Both the position numbers and the translations under genes were made by a program. From positions 20,337 to 82,441 of the forward strand of contig NW_013657608.1 of the NCBI RefSeq assembly GCF_000142905.1: DNA of 62,105 nt, given 5' to 3'. Every line of letters begins with the position of its first letter. Position 1 is the stretch's first letter. Source of the DNA: Thecamonas trahens ATCC 50062 (Eukaryota > Protista > Apusomonadida). Below the pieces are notes generated by a model. The model did no database searches. It was not told where the DNA came from and was given only the letters and a program-made list of their open reading frames with translations. Positions 1-9,989 of this stretch are shown piece after piece.

Positions 1-2691
1 GCGCGACGGCTCGGGCGACGGCTCGGGCGACGGCTCGGGCGATGGTACCGGTGACGGCTCGGCCACCGGCTCGGCCACCGGCTCGGGCGACGGCACAGGC
101 GATGGCACCGGTGACGGTGGGGACTCAACCTCGACCCCGACCTCGGCCGGCAGCGACTCATCGACGGTGAGCGCCTCAGGCGCAAAGTCAAAGTCCTCCT
201 CCATGAGCGTACCGGTGGCGGCGGCAAATGCGTCCTGCAAGGTGTAGTGCTCGTCGAGCACGCCCTTCCAAAAGTCGACGCGGTCGATGGCAGCACAGAC
301 AGCGTCGGCGTTCTCGATGAGCGCAGTCACGACCTTGTTGACCGAGTTGGAGGCCGAGACCTCCTCCAGCGGCGAGAGGTCCGGGTAGCGGATGAGGTTT
401 GGGCCAACAACAATGGCCAGGTTCGCCGCGCTCATCTTGGACGTCGACGCAAAGGTGGCGGCGTACTGCAGAAAGCCGAGGAGAAAGGCGAGAACGTCGC
501 GGTTGATTTCAGGCAGCTGCTTGACAATGCCCATGATGGCGTCCATGTCGATGGACTCGGCCTCGCCCGCCGCAACCAGCTCGTGGTACTTGGCGTGGGT
601 CATAAGCGCCTCAGGCAGCTCGCGGAGAAAGTACTTGACCACCGCTGCCGAGGTGTACGGGTCGATGCTCAGCTCCTCCATGTCAAACGGCACCGGCTTG
701 TTGAACAGGTCGCGGAGGACCTGGACGTCCGACGCCGCACCCGAGAGCCGGAAAATGCCCTCCAGCCCGCACCCGTCCGAGTCGCAGATGTACTGGATCG
801 ACGAGACAAGGAGGTAGGGGATGCGCGACTCGAGTGTGAGCGGGTGCTCGAGAAGCGCCTCGAGTGGAACGCCAAAGACCGGATAGCCGACCGCTTCGGG
901 CGCGGCCTCCTTCTTCTTTTTCTTCTTCTCCTTCTTCTTCTTCTCCTTCACCTTCTTGACCTTGGACTCGGACTTGGCCACGGCCTCGGCAAACGCGGCC
1001 TGGTCGTCGTCGGGCATCTCACCGCGCGCCGCTCCACCGGCCACAAGACCGTCGACCCACGCGCTAGCATGCTCTCCAGACTCGGCCTCGAGAATATACG
1101 ACCGCTCGCCCGGCCGCGCAATGAACAGCGCCGTCCGAGCCGGCGACAGTTCGTCCGGCACCAGCCCCACAATCCGCGACATGACGTCGATGGCCTCGGC
1201 GGGCTTGACATCGCGGTCCTTGCGAAAATACATGAGCGTCGAGCCGACAAGCAGAAAGTACCGCTTGTTCCATCCGGCGCCCTTGGCTTGCTTTTTCTGC
1301 AGCCAGCCGTGGACCCGCGCGTCAGCTGCCTGCTCGGCCGCCGGCCGCTTGTCGGCCTTGGCCGCAGCCGCAGCCTCGGCTGCCGCCGCCGCCTCGCGCA
1401 CCGCCTTGCGCTTGAGCGCCTCGGCGGTCAGCTGCTCCCGCAGCGACGCCGGCATCTCGACCTCCCCCAGCGACGCAAACGTGGCCAGCGCGGAGAGCCA
1501 CGCCTCCGACTCGGCCATCAGTGCCTCGGCATCGACCTTTTTCGACGCCGGAACCACCTTGAACAGCGTCCACTCGTGGTTCACGCTCGACCGCAGCAGC
1601 GACGTCGACGCCGACCGTGACGCCTTGCCGCGCGCTGCCTTGGCCGCAATCGTCCGCTCGCTCTCGCCGCTTCCACTCCCACCGCCCCCGCTGCCCCCAC
1701 TCGCAGCAGCAGCAGCAGCCGAGGCAATGCCCAGCAGGCCAGCAGACGACTCGTCGCCATCATGATGGCTGCCACCGACAGCGACGGAGATGGCGCGGCC
1801 ACGAGCCTCGGCCGAGACCCCACCCGCAAACGATGGGCGAACAATGTAGAAGAGGATAGGCTGATCCGGCGGAGCCAGATCGATGGGCACCCGACCATAG
1901 CCATACGCACCAAGATAGAGAGAGACCATGGGCTTGGACTCCTTGGCCTTGCGGAACAATTGAAGAAGGAACGAATGAGCCACAGCATACTGCGCCTTTC
2001 CCCAAACCGCCGTCTCGCCACCACGAACCGCCACCAGTCCCGCTGCCGGCGCTGCTGCTCCGCGCTCTGCGCCCGACCGCTTATCATTGCGCCCATTGAG
2101 CAATGCTGTACNNNNNNNNNNNNNNNNNNNNNNNNNNNNNNNNNNNNNNNNNNNNNNNNNNNNNNNNNNNNNNNNNNNNNNNNNNNNNNNNNNNNNNNNN
2201 NNNNNNNNNNNNNNNNNNNNNNNNNNNNNNNNNNNNNNNNNNNNNNNNNNNNNNNNNNNNNNNNNNNNNNNNNNNNNNNNNNNNNNNNNNNNNNNNNNNN
2301 NNNNNNNNNNNNNNNNNNNNNNNNNNNNNNNNNNNNNNNNNNNNNNNNNNNNNNNNNNNNNNNNNNGGACGGGCAAGGGCAAGCTACCTTCAACTTCGGC
2401 AAGACGGGCAAGAGTGGTGGATTGGAAGGCATGGATGACGTCTTGGCATGTCGTCCATGCTCGGCTTAGTCCAGCTGATGCCTGGCCCTCTACCACGACA
2501 GAGAACGTGGCGAGCGCATCCGCCAGTTTCGCGCTGTTTTCCATCCAATCTCCGTGGCCGAGACAGGTGCCGCCTCGGAGCGCGTGCCGACGCGCGGGCG
2601 GGCCGGGGCGGCAGAACGCCGCGATGGGGAAGCCAAGGCGACAAGCAGCGACTACGAGCCGGTGCTGGCCATGATGGCCGGTACTGGCCAT
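1..2691 (-). CDS. PH + RhoGAP domain protein (3' end runs off window; spans assembly gap 2112-2366; start uncertain)
   Basis: Open minus-strand frame absent from the ORF track because no stop lies in the window. Manual translation gives a PH domain (RVHGWLQKKQAKGAGWNKRYFLLVGSTLMYF...YILEAES...AWVDGL, ~1050-1320) and a RhoGAP domain (VFGVPLE...GLEGIFRLSG with Arg finger, KYFLRELPEAL, KMSAANLAIVVGPNL), followed by EPSP repeats. A second, degenerate PH-like region lies at ~1500-2040. The frame stays open to ATG 2691. Confidence 0.85.
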   Translation of the reverse strand, partial: MASTGHHGQHRLVVAACRLGFPIAAFCRPGPPARRHALRGGTCLGHGDWMENSAKLADALATFSVVVEGQASAGLSRAWTTCQDVIHAFQSTTLARLAEVEGSLPLPVXXXXXXXXXXXXXXXXXXXXXXXXXXXXXXXXXXXXXXXXXXXXXXXXXXXXXXXXXXXXXXXXXXXXXXXXXXXXXXXXXXXXXXTALLNGRNDKRSGAERGAAAPAAGLVAVRGGETAVWGKAQYAVAHSFLLQLFRKAKESKPMVSLYLGAYGYGRVPIDLAPPDQPILFYIVRPSFAGGVSAEARGRAISVAVGGSHHDGDESSAGLLGIASAAAAAASGGSGGGGSGSGESERTIAAKAARGKASRSASTSLLRSSVNHEWTLFKVVPASKKVDAEALMAESEAWLSALATFASLGEVEMPASLREQLTAEALKRKAVREAAAAAEAAAAAKADKRPAAEQAADARVHGWLQKKQAKGAGWNKRYFLLVGSTLMYFRKDRDVKPAEAIDVMSRIVGLVPDELSPARTALFIARPGERSYILEAESGEHASAWVDGLVAGGAARGEMPDDDQAAFAEAVAKSESKVKKVKEKKKKEKKKKKKEAAPEAVGYPVFGVPLEALLEHPLTLESRIPYLLVSSIQYICDSDGCGLEGIFRLSGAASDVQVLRDLFNKPVPFDMEELSIDPYTSAAVVKYFLRELPEALMTHAKYHELVAAGEAESIDMDAIMGIVKQLPEINRDVLAFLLGFLQYAATFASTSKMSAANLAIVVGPNLIRYPDLSPLEEVSASNSVNKVVTALIENADAVCAAIDRVDFWKGVLDEHYTLQDAFAAATGTLMEEDFDFAPEALTVDESLPAEVGVEVESPPSPVPSPVPSPEPVAEPVAEPSPVPSPEPSPEPSPEPSR

Positions 2692-2729
2692 GCTAGCTCA
2701 CTCTAGTGGTGTTACCTGTCTTCATCTCA

Positions 2730-3818
2730 CTACACGTTTGAGCGACGGCCATCCGGGCGCGAGCTGACCACGTACACGGTGACAGCAATGGCAACAACGA
2801 GCGCAACGGTAACAGCAACGCCGATGGCCAGCCATGCGCCCGATGTGAGGCCAGATTCCGAGCTGCCGGCATTGTAGCTCGCTGGCTCACCCGAGGCGTC
2901 GGCCACAGCCACCGGATCGTACTCGAGCGTCCGCGTGAACGACGGGAAGCGCCACGTGACGACAGTGTGGCGGCCGCGGGCGCCGACAGCGATGGTGATG
3001 TTGCGGTCGTCGCCGTCAAGGAGAGCAGTCCGTGGGAGATCGAGGTATCCGTCGGAGCCAACGTTGGTCGAGCCAAGGACAAGGCGCGAGACACCAGGGC
3101 GGTGCCTGTGCTTCTTCTTGAGGCCACCGACGTGGTCGTCGTCGTCATCGCCACCGCACGGATCGTCACCGTCGACCGGCTTGCCGTCGTCGTCGCTCGT
3201 TGCCGTCTCGCGCACAGGCGCTGCACACTCGACCTGATGGCCTGACTGGGCGAGGACGTCCATGGAGAACTTCAGCTCGTTGTCGGTGTCGAGGAACGGC
3301 CAGTTCTCGACGGTGAGCGTCCACTTGATCGAGCCGGCCACCACATCAAACGTGGTGTTGGCGTGCTCGGCCACAGTCTCGTGCTCGACGATGAACGTAG
3401 TGATGGCAAAGTCAACAGCTGTGCCGGAGACGTCGAGCGTCGATCGGAACGAGATCGAGTCGGCCGTCGAGGGCTGCGAGCCGTCGGCGCCGCCGATGGT
3501 TGTCTCGCCGTTGAAGACCCACGTAAAATCCTGCGAGGCAAACGAGGGCACCTTGTTCGTCGTCTTTCTTCCTTGAGCGGTCACCTCGACAAGCTTGCCC
3601 ATCTTGAACTTGATCCATCGCGTCGAGTTGGCCGGGAAGATCCGAAACTGGCCGGACCGGCCCAGAAACTCCACCGTTGTCAGGTTGCCCGCAACCCGCA
3701 TATCGCTGCCACCGTCAAAGTCGTCCTGCGCCGCGCATGCGGCTGGTGCAAACAGGGCAAGCGCAACAAGCGTTGCCAGCGCAAACGTCGTCAAAAGGTG
3801 CGCAGTCGAAAACATCAT
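2730..3818 (-). CDS. Type I membrane protein (signal peptide, beta-rich ectodomain, C-terminal TM); resembles the coral SAARP/CARP4 family domain
   Basis: Signal peptide MMFSTAHLLTTFALATLVALALFAPAACAA; C-terminal TM helix AWLAIGVAVTVALVVAIAVTVYVV; motifs FLGRSG, FASQDF, GSIKWTLTVENWPF, RFPSF..TLEYDP. Confidence 0.7.
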   Translation of the reverse strand: MMFSTAHLLTTFALATLVALALFAPAACAAQDDFDGGSDMRVAGNLTTVEFLGRSGQFRIFPANSTRWIKFKMGKLVEVTAQGRKTTNKVPSFASQDFTWVFNGETTIGGADGSQPSTADSISFRSTLDVSGTAVDFAITTFIVEHETVAEHANTTFDVVAGSIKWTLTVENWPFLDTDNELKFSMDVLAQSGHQVECAAPVRETATSDDDGKPVDGDDPCGGDDDDDHVGGLKKKHRHRPGVSRLVLGSTNVGSDGYLDLPRTALLDGDDRNITIAVGARGRHTVVTWRFPSFTRTLEYDPVAVADASGEPASYNAGSSESGLTSGAWLAIGVAVTVALVVAIAVTVYVVSSRPDGRRSNV

Positions 3819-4033
3819 CGAGCTGTAGGTGTGCCTGTCGATCAAGGCGGCAAGGGGGGCGGACGTGAGCTTGGTTTTGTGGTGATCGGAAATGACCCGG
3901 CGTTGCAGACAACGTTGCTGTAACGTCAGCGGTGTCGTTGCAAAGCAGCTGCAAAGCAGCTGCAATGAATGCTGGAGAGCCAAGGTGGGGTGAGGATGAG
4001 GATGGGGATAGGGATCGGGATGGGGATGGAATG

Positions 4034-5193
4034 TTACTTGCCCTTGCCCTTGGACTTGCTCTTGCTCTTCGACTTGGCCTTGGTCTTGGCCTTGGACTGG
4101 CTCTTGCCCTTGCCCTTGGACTTGCTCTTGCCCTTGTCTTTGCCCTTGTCCTTGCTCTTGCCCTTGTCCTTGCCCTTGTCCTTGCCCTTGACCTTCTTGC
4201 TGGCCTTACCCTTGCCTTTGCTCTTTCCCTTCTTGCTCGCCTTTCCATCCCCCTTGCCCTTGCCCTTGCCCTTGCCCTTGCCCTTGCCACCGATCGACGA
4301 TCCCGCGCCGACGGTGGATGCCGGGAGCGCGTCGGTGATGAGGGTGAAAAAGTCGAGGAGCTTGCCAGCATCCTTGACCGCACCCGAGCGCCGGCCGTCG
4401 ATTTTGGCGATAACCTCCTTGTACATGAGCTCGTTCTTGCGTGCAGGCGAGCACGCCTTGTACACCTTGTGAGCAAGAGCAACAACCTTTTTGTGCTCCT
4501 TGGCGGTGAGGACGGCGTCGCCCGGCGCGATGGTGGTGTCCGAGCCCGGTAGGGCGAGGCAGACACGCTTGTACGTCCGCATCACCGCCAGTGCCATGTC
4601 GGCAAACTCATCCGGATCGAGGTGGCCGGAGCCATCGCGGTCAAAGGCGCGGTAGGCGTACTCAATCTTCTTGCCCAGCGGCTCGCGGGCAACGAGGGCA
4701 ATGTACATGGCAATGTCGACAAAGCCGAGCCAGCCGTCAACCTCGTCGTCAAAGGCCGGAAACAGAGCAGCGACTGCAGAGCTATCACCAATCCCGATCT
4801 CGCCCATCAGCACGTCCTTCCACGCCTTGTCGTCTACACCGCCGTTGATGGCTGCCACACGCTTGAACATGTTCTTAGCGGCGAGCCAGTCGTTGCGGCC
4901 GACTGCAGCCAGATCAGGGAGAGCGCCAGCATGCGGTCGGCCCGCAGTCAGCCGCATTAGAATCGGTGTCCGATGCCAACCCGTCCGCCATCGAGTGACC
5001 AGCAGTCATCAGAGGAATGTGAGTACCATACCATGGGAGGGGGTGGGTGGGTGGGTGGGTTGGTGGGGGAGGGGGAGGGGGAGGGGGAGGGGGGTGGGAG
5101 GGGGAGGGGTGAGGAGGGCGTACCTGGGGACGACGGGACGGTCTTGGCCACCGTCGACCTGGAGGGTGCGCTGACTGAAACAGTGGAGCCCAT
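4034..5193 (-). CDS. Myristoylated EF-hand calcium sensor (NCS/recoverin/calcineurin-B-like) with Lys/Gly-rich tail; exons 5193-5124 and 4902-4034
   Basis: MGSTVS myristoylation motif; phase-1 intron GTACGC...CTGCAG joins the frames; KIEYAYRAFDRDGSGHLDPDEF is a canonical EF-hand; second degenerate loop FDDEVDGWLGFVD. Confidence 0.8.
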
Positions 5194-5362
5194 GGAGAGC
5201 GGATGGGGGCAGAGTGGGGTGGGGTGGTTGGGGTTGTTGCGACTGTGGCTGTGGTCTGCGGTGGCAGTGGTGGTGTGTGGTCGGTAGTGGTGCCGGTGGG
5301 TGGTGGTGGGCGGTGGTTTCGGCAGGCGCAGAACAACCGCGCCATGTCCAGCCATCGATTAA

Positions 5363-5671
5363 CTCTCATTGCCACAATCGTACACGATTATCTCTCATTG
5401 CCACAATCGTACACGATTATCTCTCATTGCCACAATCGTACACGATTATCTCTCATAACCACAATCGTACACTATTATCTCTCATAACCACAATCGTACA
5501 CGATTATCTCTCATAACCACAATCGTACACGATTATCTCTCATAACCACAATCGTACACGATTATCTCTCACAACCACAATCGTACACGATTATCTCTCA
5601 TAACCACAATCGTACACGATTATCTCTCACAACCACAATCGTACACGATTATCTCTCACAACCACAATCGT
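5363..5671. repeat. 29-bp tandem minisatellite, ~10.5 copies (CCACAATCGTACACGATTATCTCTCA[TTG/TAA/CAA])
   Basis: CCACAATCG recurs every 29 nt from 5372 to 5662; there are no unique spacers. Confidence 0.97.
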
Positions 5672-5716
5672 TCCCTCCCCACTGCTCTCACAGCAACCAC
5701 CACCAGGTCCCCCCAC

Positions 5717-6346
5717 ATGGCGGCAACAGTAACGACGCGACGGGCGACGCTGTCGGACACACCTATCCTGCTGCGGGTCATCGAGTGGGCATACCGTGGT
5801 GGCGCGCCTGTCAGCGGCTGGACCGGCGAGGAGCACCTGGTCTCCGGCCCACGCATCACCCAGGACGAGCTCGAGGCCGACATCTCTGCCGCGCTTGCTG
5901 CCGATGCCCACCATGTCATTCTTGTGGCTGAGGACAGCTCGCTCGACAACGAGACTTGCGCCGATCGCTTCGGCTCGTCCGTCGTCGGCTGCGTCAAGGT
6001 CGAGAAGCTCGACCGCGTGCCCGAGCCCGACGACGTCGTCGCCGAGGCTGAGGTCGGCCTCTTTGCCGTCGATCCCACCCTTCAGGGCCGCGGTGCGGGC
6101 GGAATCCTGCTCGCTCAGGCCGAAGCCGCCGCCGTTGATGTCCTTGGCGCCTCGCATGCAGTCATCCACGTCCTCAATGTCCGCGATGACATCCTCGCCT
6201 GGTACGATCGCAAGGGCTACGTCGCCAACGGCAAGACAATGCCGTTCCCGCCTCCAGGCGTCGCGTCCCGCTCCAAGCTCAAGCCCGCCGCGACGAACGT
6301 CCACTTTATCGAGCTGACTAAGCCGCTGCTGCCGTCAGAGCCTTGA
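5717..6346 (+). CDS. GNAT-family N-acetyltransferase
   Basis: Acetyl-CoA motif A (GLFAVDPTLQGRGAGGILL), motif B (ILAWYDRKGY), N-terminal AYRG..GWTGE; intronless. Confidence 0.9.
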   Translation: MAATVTTRRATLSDTPILLRVIEWAYRGGAPVSGWTGEEHLVSGPRITQDELEADISAALAADAHHVILVAEDSSLDNETCADRFGSSVVGCVKVEKLDRVPEPDDVVAEAEVGLFAVDPTLQGRGAGGILLAQAEAAAVDVLGASHAVIHVLNVRDDILAWYDRKGYVANGKTMPFPPPGVASRSKLKPAATNVHFIELTKPLLPSEP

Positions 6347-6371
6347 CGATCGTAACCGCGCCGCGCTGCCA

Positions 6372-9300
6372 TCAAAACGTGTTGCGCGCCCGGACCTCCT
6401 CCAGCCGGCGCACAATCTCCACGGGCGTCGACTCGATGGCGTCGGCGATCTCCCACTGGAGCGTCGAGTCGATCGACATAAACTGCTCGCAGAGGTCGCC
6501 GTCGACCACGTCCTTGACCGGCACATAGTACGAGCGGAATGCGAGGTGGTCACGCCCGCCGAGCGGCGGGACTCGCTGCCGCATGTGGAGCTCGAGGTGG
6601 AGGAAAAAGTCGACGTCGTCACGAGTGACAAACGGCACTAGCGCGCCCACCGCCCCGGCAATTGTCGAGTACAGCACAGCCTTGTCCGCCCCCGAGAACG
6701 ACTGCAGCGCCGCCGCCGTGATCGCGGTCACAGGCTCGCCGGCGTAAAAGTGGTTAACCACGTCAAAGTGCGCAATCGAGTCCGAGCTACCCGTCCCCAG
6801 CGCGTCGTCGTCCGGCAGCCGCGCCACAAACAGGTTTCCGAACCGGTCGCCGCACACCACTGTCGACCCGTCGATCATGTGCGCCCGCGACATCGCTCGC
6901 GGCAGCGTGTCGTCCGCAATCAGCCGCAGCCCATGCAACGCCGGCTCCCACGCCAGCGCCCGAATCGAGTCGCGCGCGTCCGCCACAACCACCCGGGACG
7001 TCTCGGCGTCGGAGCTGATCGCCACAACAAGCGACGGGAAGCCCTCCAGATGGGTCTTGCGCAGCAGCCGCGTCTTGCCCATGTCGAACACGACAAGCTG
7101 GTTGCCAGCGCCCGCAAAAAGGAGCCCACCAAAGGCGTGCAGCGCGGCAGGCAGGCCCGGCACCGCCGTGTCATGAACATGCACCAACCCCACCGCGTCG
7201 CCCTCAGACACAAGCTCAAACGTCCGCAGCAGGAAGCTCGTTGCTGTCCGCGGCGGCTCAAAGTCCACCGCCACGCCTGCAACCGCAAAAATCCGCGACG
7301 GGTCAGAGCTAAACGTCACCACTTCAAGCGAGAGCAGCGCCTCGTTTCCGGCGCCGCTGCTCTCCACGCTCAGGTTTCCCCACCAGAGCAGCGACGAGTC
7401 CGAGCCGTCAAAGAGCGCGAGGCCTGCCGCCCATGCTCCCGCCGCCGCCGGCCGACCCGGCTCAATCCGCTCGCAGCGTGCACGGCTCGCCTCCAGCGCC
7501 TCGGGATCGCCTGCGTCGAGGCCCGCCGCCGCCGCAAGCTCCTGCAGAGTGTACGCCCGCGCGTCGGACATGCCCACAAAAAACAGCTGCGACGCCGGGT
7601 GGTGGACCACAGCCCGCGGCGTGTACGGCAGAGGGTGCGGGTCAGCGTTGAACGACTGGTCGATCCGCTCGAGCGAAAAGATCTTGAGCTCGTTGCCGGC
7701 AATGCCCACCAGGCCGATGCCAACTAGCGCAGACGCAAATGATGCCGCGCCCTTGAGCCCACCGTATGAGAGCGGGAGAAGCGCAGACTCGGCTGGCGAG
7801 CCCGGCTGGTGGAAGAGCATGTACGACCGGCTCGAGCCGAGGTGGACCAGCGGCCGCCCGCCAAGCTCCGCCAGGGAGACAGACACCGGCTCCGGGCCGA
7901 GGAACCGGTTGGCTGTGTTGGAAATCGCGCCCGACGATGGGTCCACGTACGAGTGCGAGACAACTCCGTTGCTCCCGCCCACAACAAGGTGCACCAGCCC
8001 AGCCGCAGACCACTCGACCATCAGCCGCAGCTGGCTAATCGCCACAGACGTCGGGGTTGTCGAGAGCACCAGCAGCGACTTTTGCACAAACGGCGCCGCA
8101 GGATCCAGCGAGAGCAGCCGGACCGTGTTGTCAAAGAGCCCAATGACCGCAAACCGCGACTTGGCCCGCCCGGGCAGTAGCGGCTCCACCCCGAGGCACG
8201 TCAGCTCGTCTGCAGGGCCGAGCTGAAGCTCGGCGCCGGCCGTCTGGCTCAGCACCCCGGTCACGTCCAGCTCAAAGAGGAGCACAAGGCCCGATGAGAG
8301 TGCCACTACCGCCTGCCGGCGGTTGATCGCTGCGTGCGTGATCGTCGTTCCGCCCGGCGGCTTCCACTCGGACACGCTTCCGTCGACCGCGAGCTGGAGC
8401 AGCGCCCGTGCGTGAACCTGGACATGCACTCCGTTGGCGAGCGTGCCGGCCTCCAGCGTCGGCGCGTCCAGATAGAACCCAGCGTCGGTGCACTCGGAGA
8501 CCGTGTCAGTGACCCGGAGGACAAGCGAGGCGTTGGTGAACGAGAAGATGAGAAAGGCCGTCGAAACGGCAAGGTGTGCTGCCTGCTCGTCGTCGTCGTC
8601 GCCACCACCGCTGCCGTCGGCTGGTCGAGGCGCGTTCGTTTGGGTGAGCGAAAAGACCGCCACTGGCGTGCCCGGCAGCGGCGAGGCCACCAGCTCCGAG
8701 ACGGCGATGCCGTGCCGGAGAACATTGAGCGCGGCCGCACCGGTCCTCGCGCCGCACCCGACCACCAGCTGCGGCACACCGTCGCCGGCAAGGTCCGCAA
8801 CTGCAAAGTCCATCAGCGGCGAGAGCGACGGCAGCGTGTCCAGCGGGTAGAGGTGCACAAGCTCGGCGGCCGGCGTAAACTCGGTCTGGTCCGGCGCGTC
8901 GGGAGCTGGCGGCTCGCCGAGTGAAAGGAACTCGTACAGCGTCGGCGGGCTCGACTGCGAGGCCGCAAAGAGAAAGCCCGACGAGAGGATGGCGAGGTCG
9001 GCAGCAAGGGGGATCGAGTCAAAGTACGAGACCCGAAGGCGGGTCGCTTCGTCGACCTCGTACTCGAGCGAGACTCGGAGGAGGTGGCCTGACTCGGTGA
9101 GCACAAGCATGAAGAACATCGACGGCTGGAGGTGCGAGGCGTGCGCGACGACAAGGTCGGCGCCGCATGGCGCCGGAAACGCCGCGTGGAGCGCCGGGTA
9201 GCCCTCGTTCATCCACGCCATTCCGCCCTGGTACGCCACCAGCACACCCGATGGACCAAACTCGCCGCCAGGCACCGGAATGAGCTCGTGCGCAGAGTGC

Positions 9301-9989
9301 GGAAGCGGCAGCGGGTCATGCCGGACAACGTGGTTGAGGCCGAGGTCGAGCTCGTAGAACGCAAGCTGCAGCGGCGGCGGAGACGACGGTACAGCCGCAG
9401 CATGAGCAGCTGCCTCGTCGTATGGCGCCTCGATGGCAGCAAAGAGTGGGTTGTTGAACGAGTTGTCGAGCGCCACCAAGGCAAAGGTGGCCACATCCGG
9501 CATGTTGGCCTCGACCGGCGACGAGATGGTGAGCTTGCCAGCCGAGTCGCGATTGAGAATGTACACCAACTTTGCGCCTTCGAGAGCGCCGATAATAGCC
9601 GCGCGACCACGCGGCTCGGCAGCAAGGTGGTATGATGGCGACGCCCGCCTCAGGCCCGACTTTGCGTACGTCTCGCCATGGACACGTTTCCAGCCGGCCG
9701 ATGATGCCTCGTACGCAAGAATGATGAACTTGCCTGAATCCGAGGCAATCAGTAGGTGATCCACGGCCGAGCCGGTGAGCCGAAAGGTGGCCAAGTTGGT
9801 GATGAGGCCAAAGGCCTGCGTCGCACACATCAGCTCCAGTGCTCCGCTCTCGGCGTGGGTGGTGTACAGCGAGAGGCTCCGTCCCGTCGTCGTCACCAGC
9901 TCCGACTTGCCCTCGCCCGAGAACGAGCCCGTCACGCAGTGCGGGATGTACGTAGGCTGGGTCAACGTAAGGTGGTACAAGTATGGCAT
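6372..9989 (-). CDS. SF3B3: Splicing factor 3B subunit 3 (SAP130/Rse1)
   Basis: N-terminus YLYHLTL; SDSGK, HGETYAKSGLRR, FYELDLGLNHVVR; C-terminal GRDHLAFRSYYVPVKDVVDGDLCEQF. Confidence 0.95.
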   Translation of the reverse strand: MPYLYHLTLTQPTYIPHCVTGSFSGEGKSELVTTTGRSLSLYTTHAESGALELMCATQAFGLITNLATFRLTGSAVDHLLIASDSGKFIILAYEASSAGWKRVHGETYAKSGLRRASPSYHLAAEPRGRAAIIGALEGAKLVYILNRDSAGKLTISSPVEANMPDVATFALVALDNSFNNPLFAAIEAPYDEAAAHAAAVPSSPPPLQLAFYELDLGLNHVVRHDPLPLPHSAHELIPVPGGEFGPSGVLVAYQGGMAWMNEGYPALHAAFPAPCGADLVVAHASHLQPSMFFMLVLTESGHLLRVSLEYEVDEATRLRVSYFDSIPLAADLAILSSGFLFAASQSSPPTLYEFLSLGEPPAPDAPDQTEFTPAAELVHLYPLDTLPSLSPLMDFAVADLAGDGVPQLVVGCGARTGAAALNVLRHGIAVSELVASPLPGTPVAVFSLTQTNAPRPADGSGGGDDDDEQAAHLAVSTAFLIFSFTNASLVLRVTDTVSECTDAGFYLDAPTLEAGTLANGVHVQVHARALLQLAVDGSVSEWKPPGGTTITHAAINRRQAVVALSSGLVLLFELDVTGVLSQTAGAELQLGPADELTCLGVEPLLPGRAKSRFAVIGLFDNTVRLLSLDPAAPFVQKSLLVLSTTPTSVAISQLRLMVEWSAAGLVHLVVGGSNGVVSHSYVDPSSGAISNTANRFLGPEPVSVSLAELGGRPLVHLGSSRSYMLFHQPGSPAESALLPLSYGGLKGAASFASALVGIGLVGIAGNELKIFSLERIDQSFNADPHPLPYTPRAVVHHPASQLFFVGMSDARAYTLQELAAAAGLDAGDPEALEASRARCERIEPGRPAAAGAWAAGLALFDGSDSSLLWWGNLSVESSGAGNEALLSLEVVTFSSDPSRIFAVAGVAVDFEPPRTATSFLLRTFELVSEGDAVGLVHVHDTAVPGLPAALHAFGGLLFAGAGNQLVVFDMGKTRLLRKTHLEGFPSLVVAISSDAETSRVVVADARDSIRALAWEPALHGLRLIADDTLPRAMSRAHMIDGSTVVCGDRFGNLFVARLPDDDALGTGSSDSIAHFDVVNHFYAGEPVTAITAAALQSFSGADKAVLYSTIAGAVGALVPFVTRDDVDFFLHLELHMRQRVPPLGGRDHLAFRSYYVPVKDVVDGDLCEQFMSIDSTLQWEIADAIESTPVEIVRRLEEVRARNTF

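Noticed and set aside
247-1620. Long plus-strand ORFs (also 29618-31687 minus, 14231-15022 minus, 47106-48155 plus, etc.)
   Set aside because: These are antisense shadows of real GC3-rich genes on the opposite strand.
5363-5671. CRISPR array (29-bp palindromic repeats)
   Set aside because: Repeats are head-to-tail with no unique spacers, there are no cas genes, and the context is eukaryotic.
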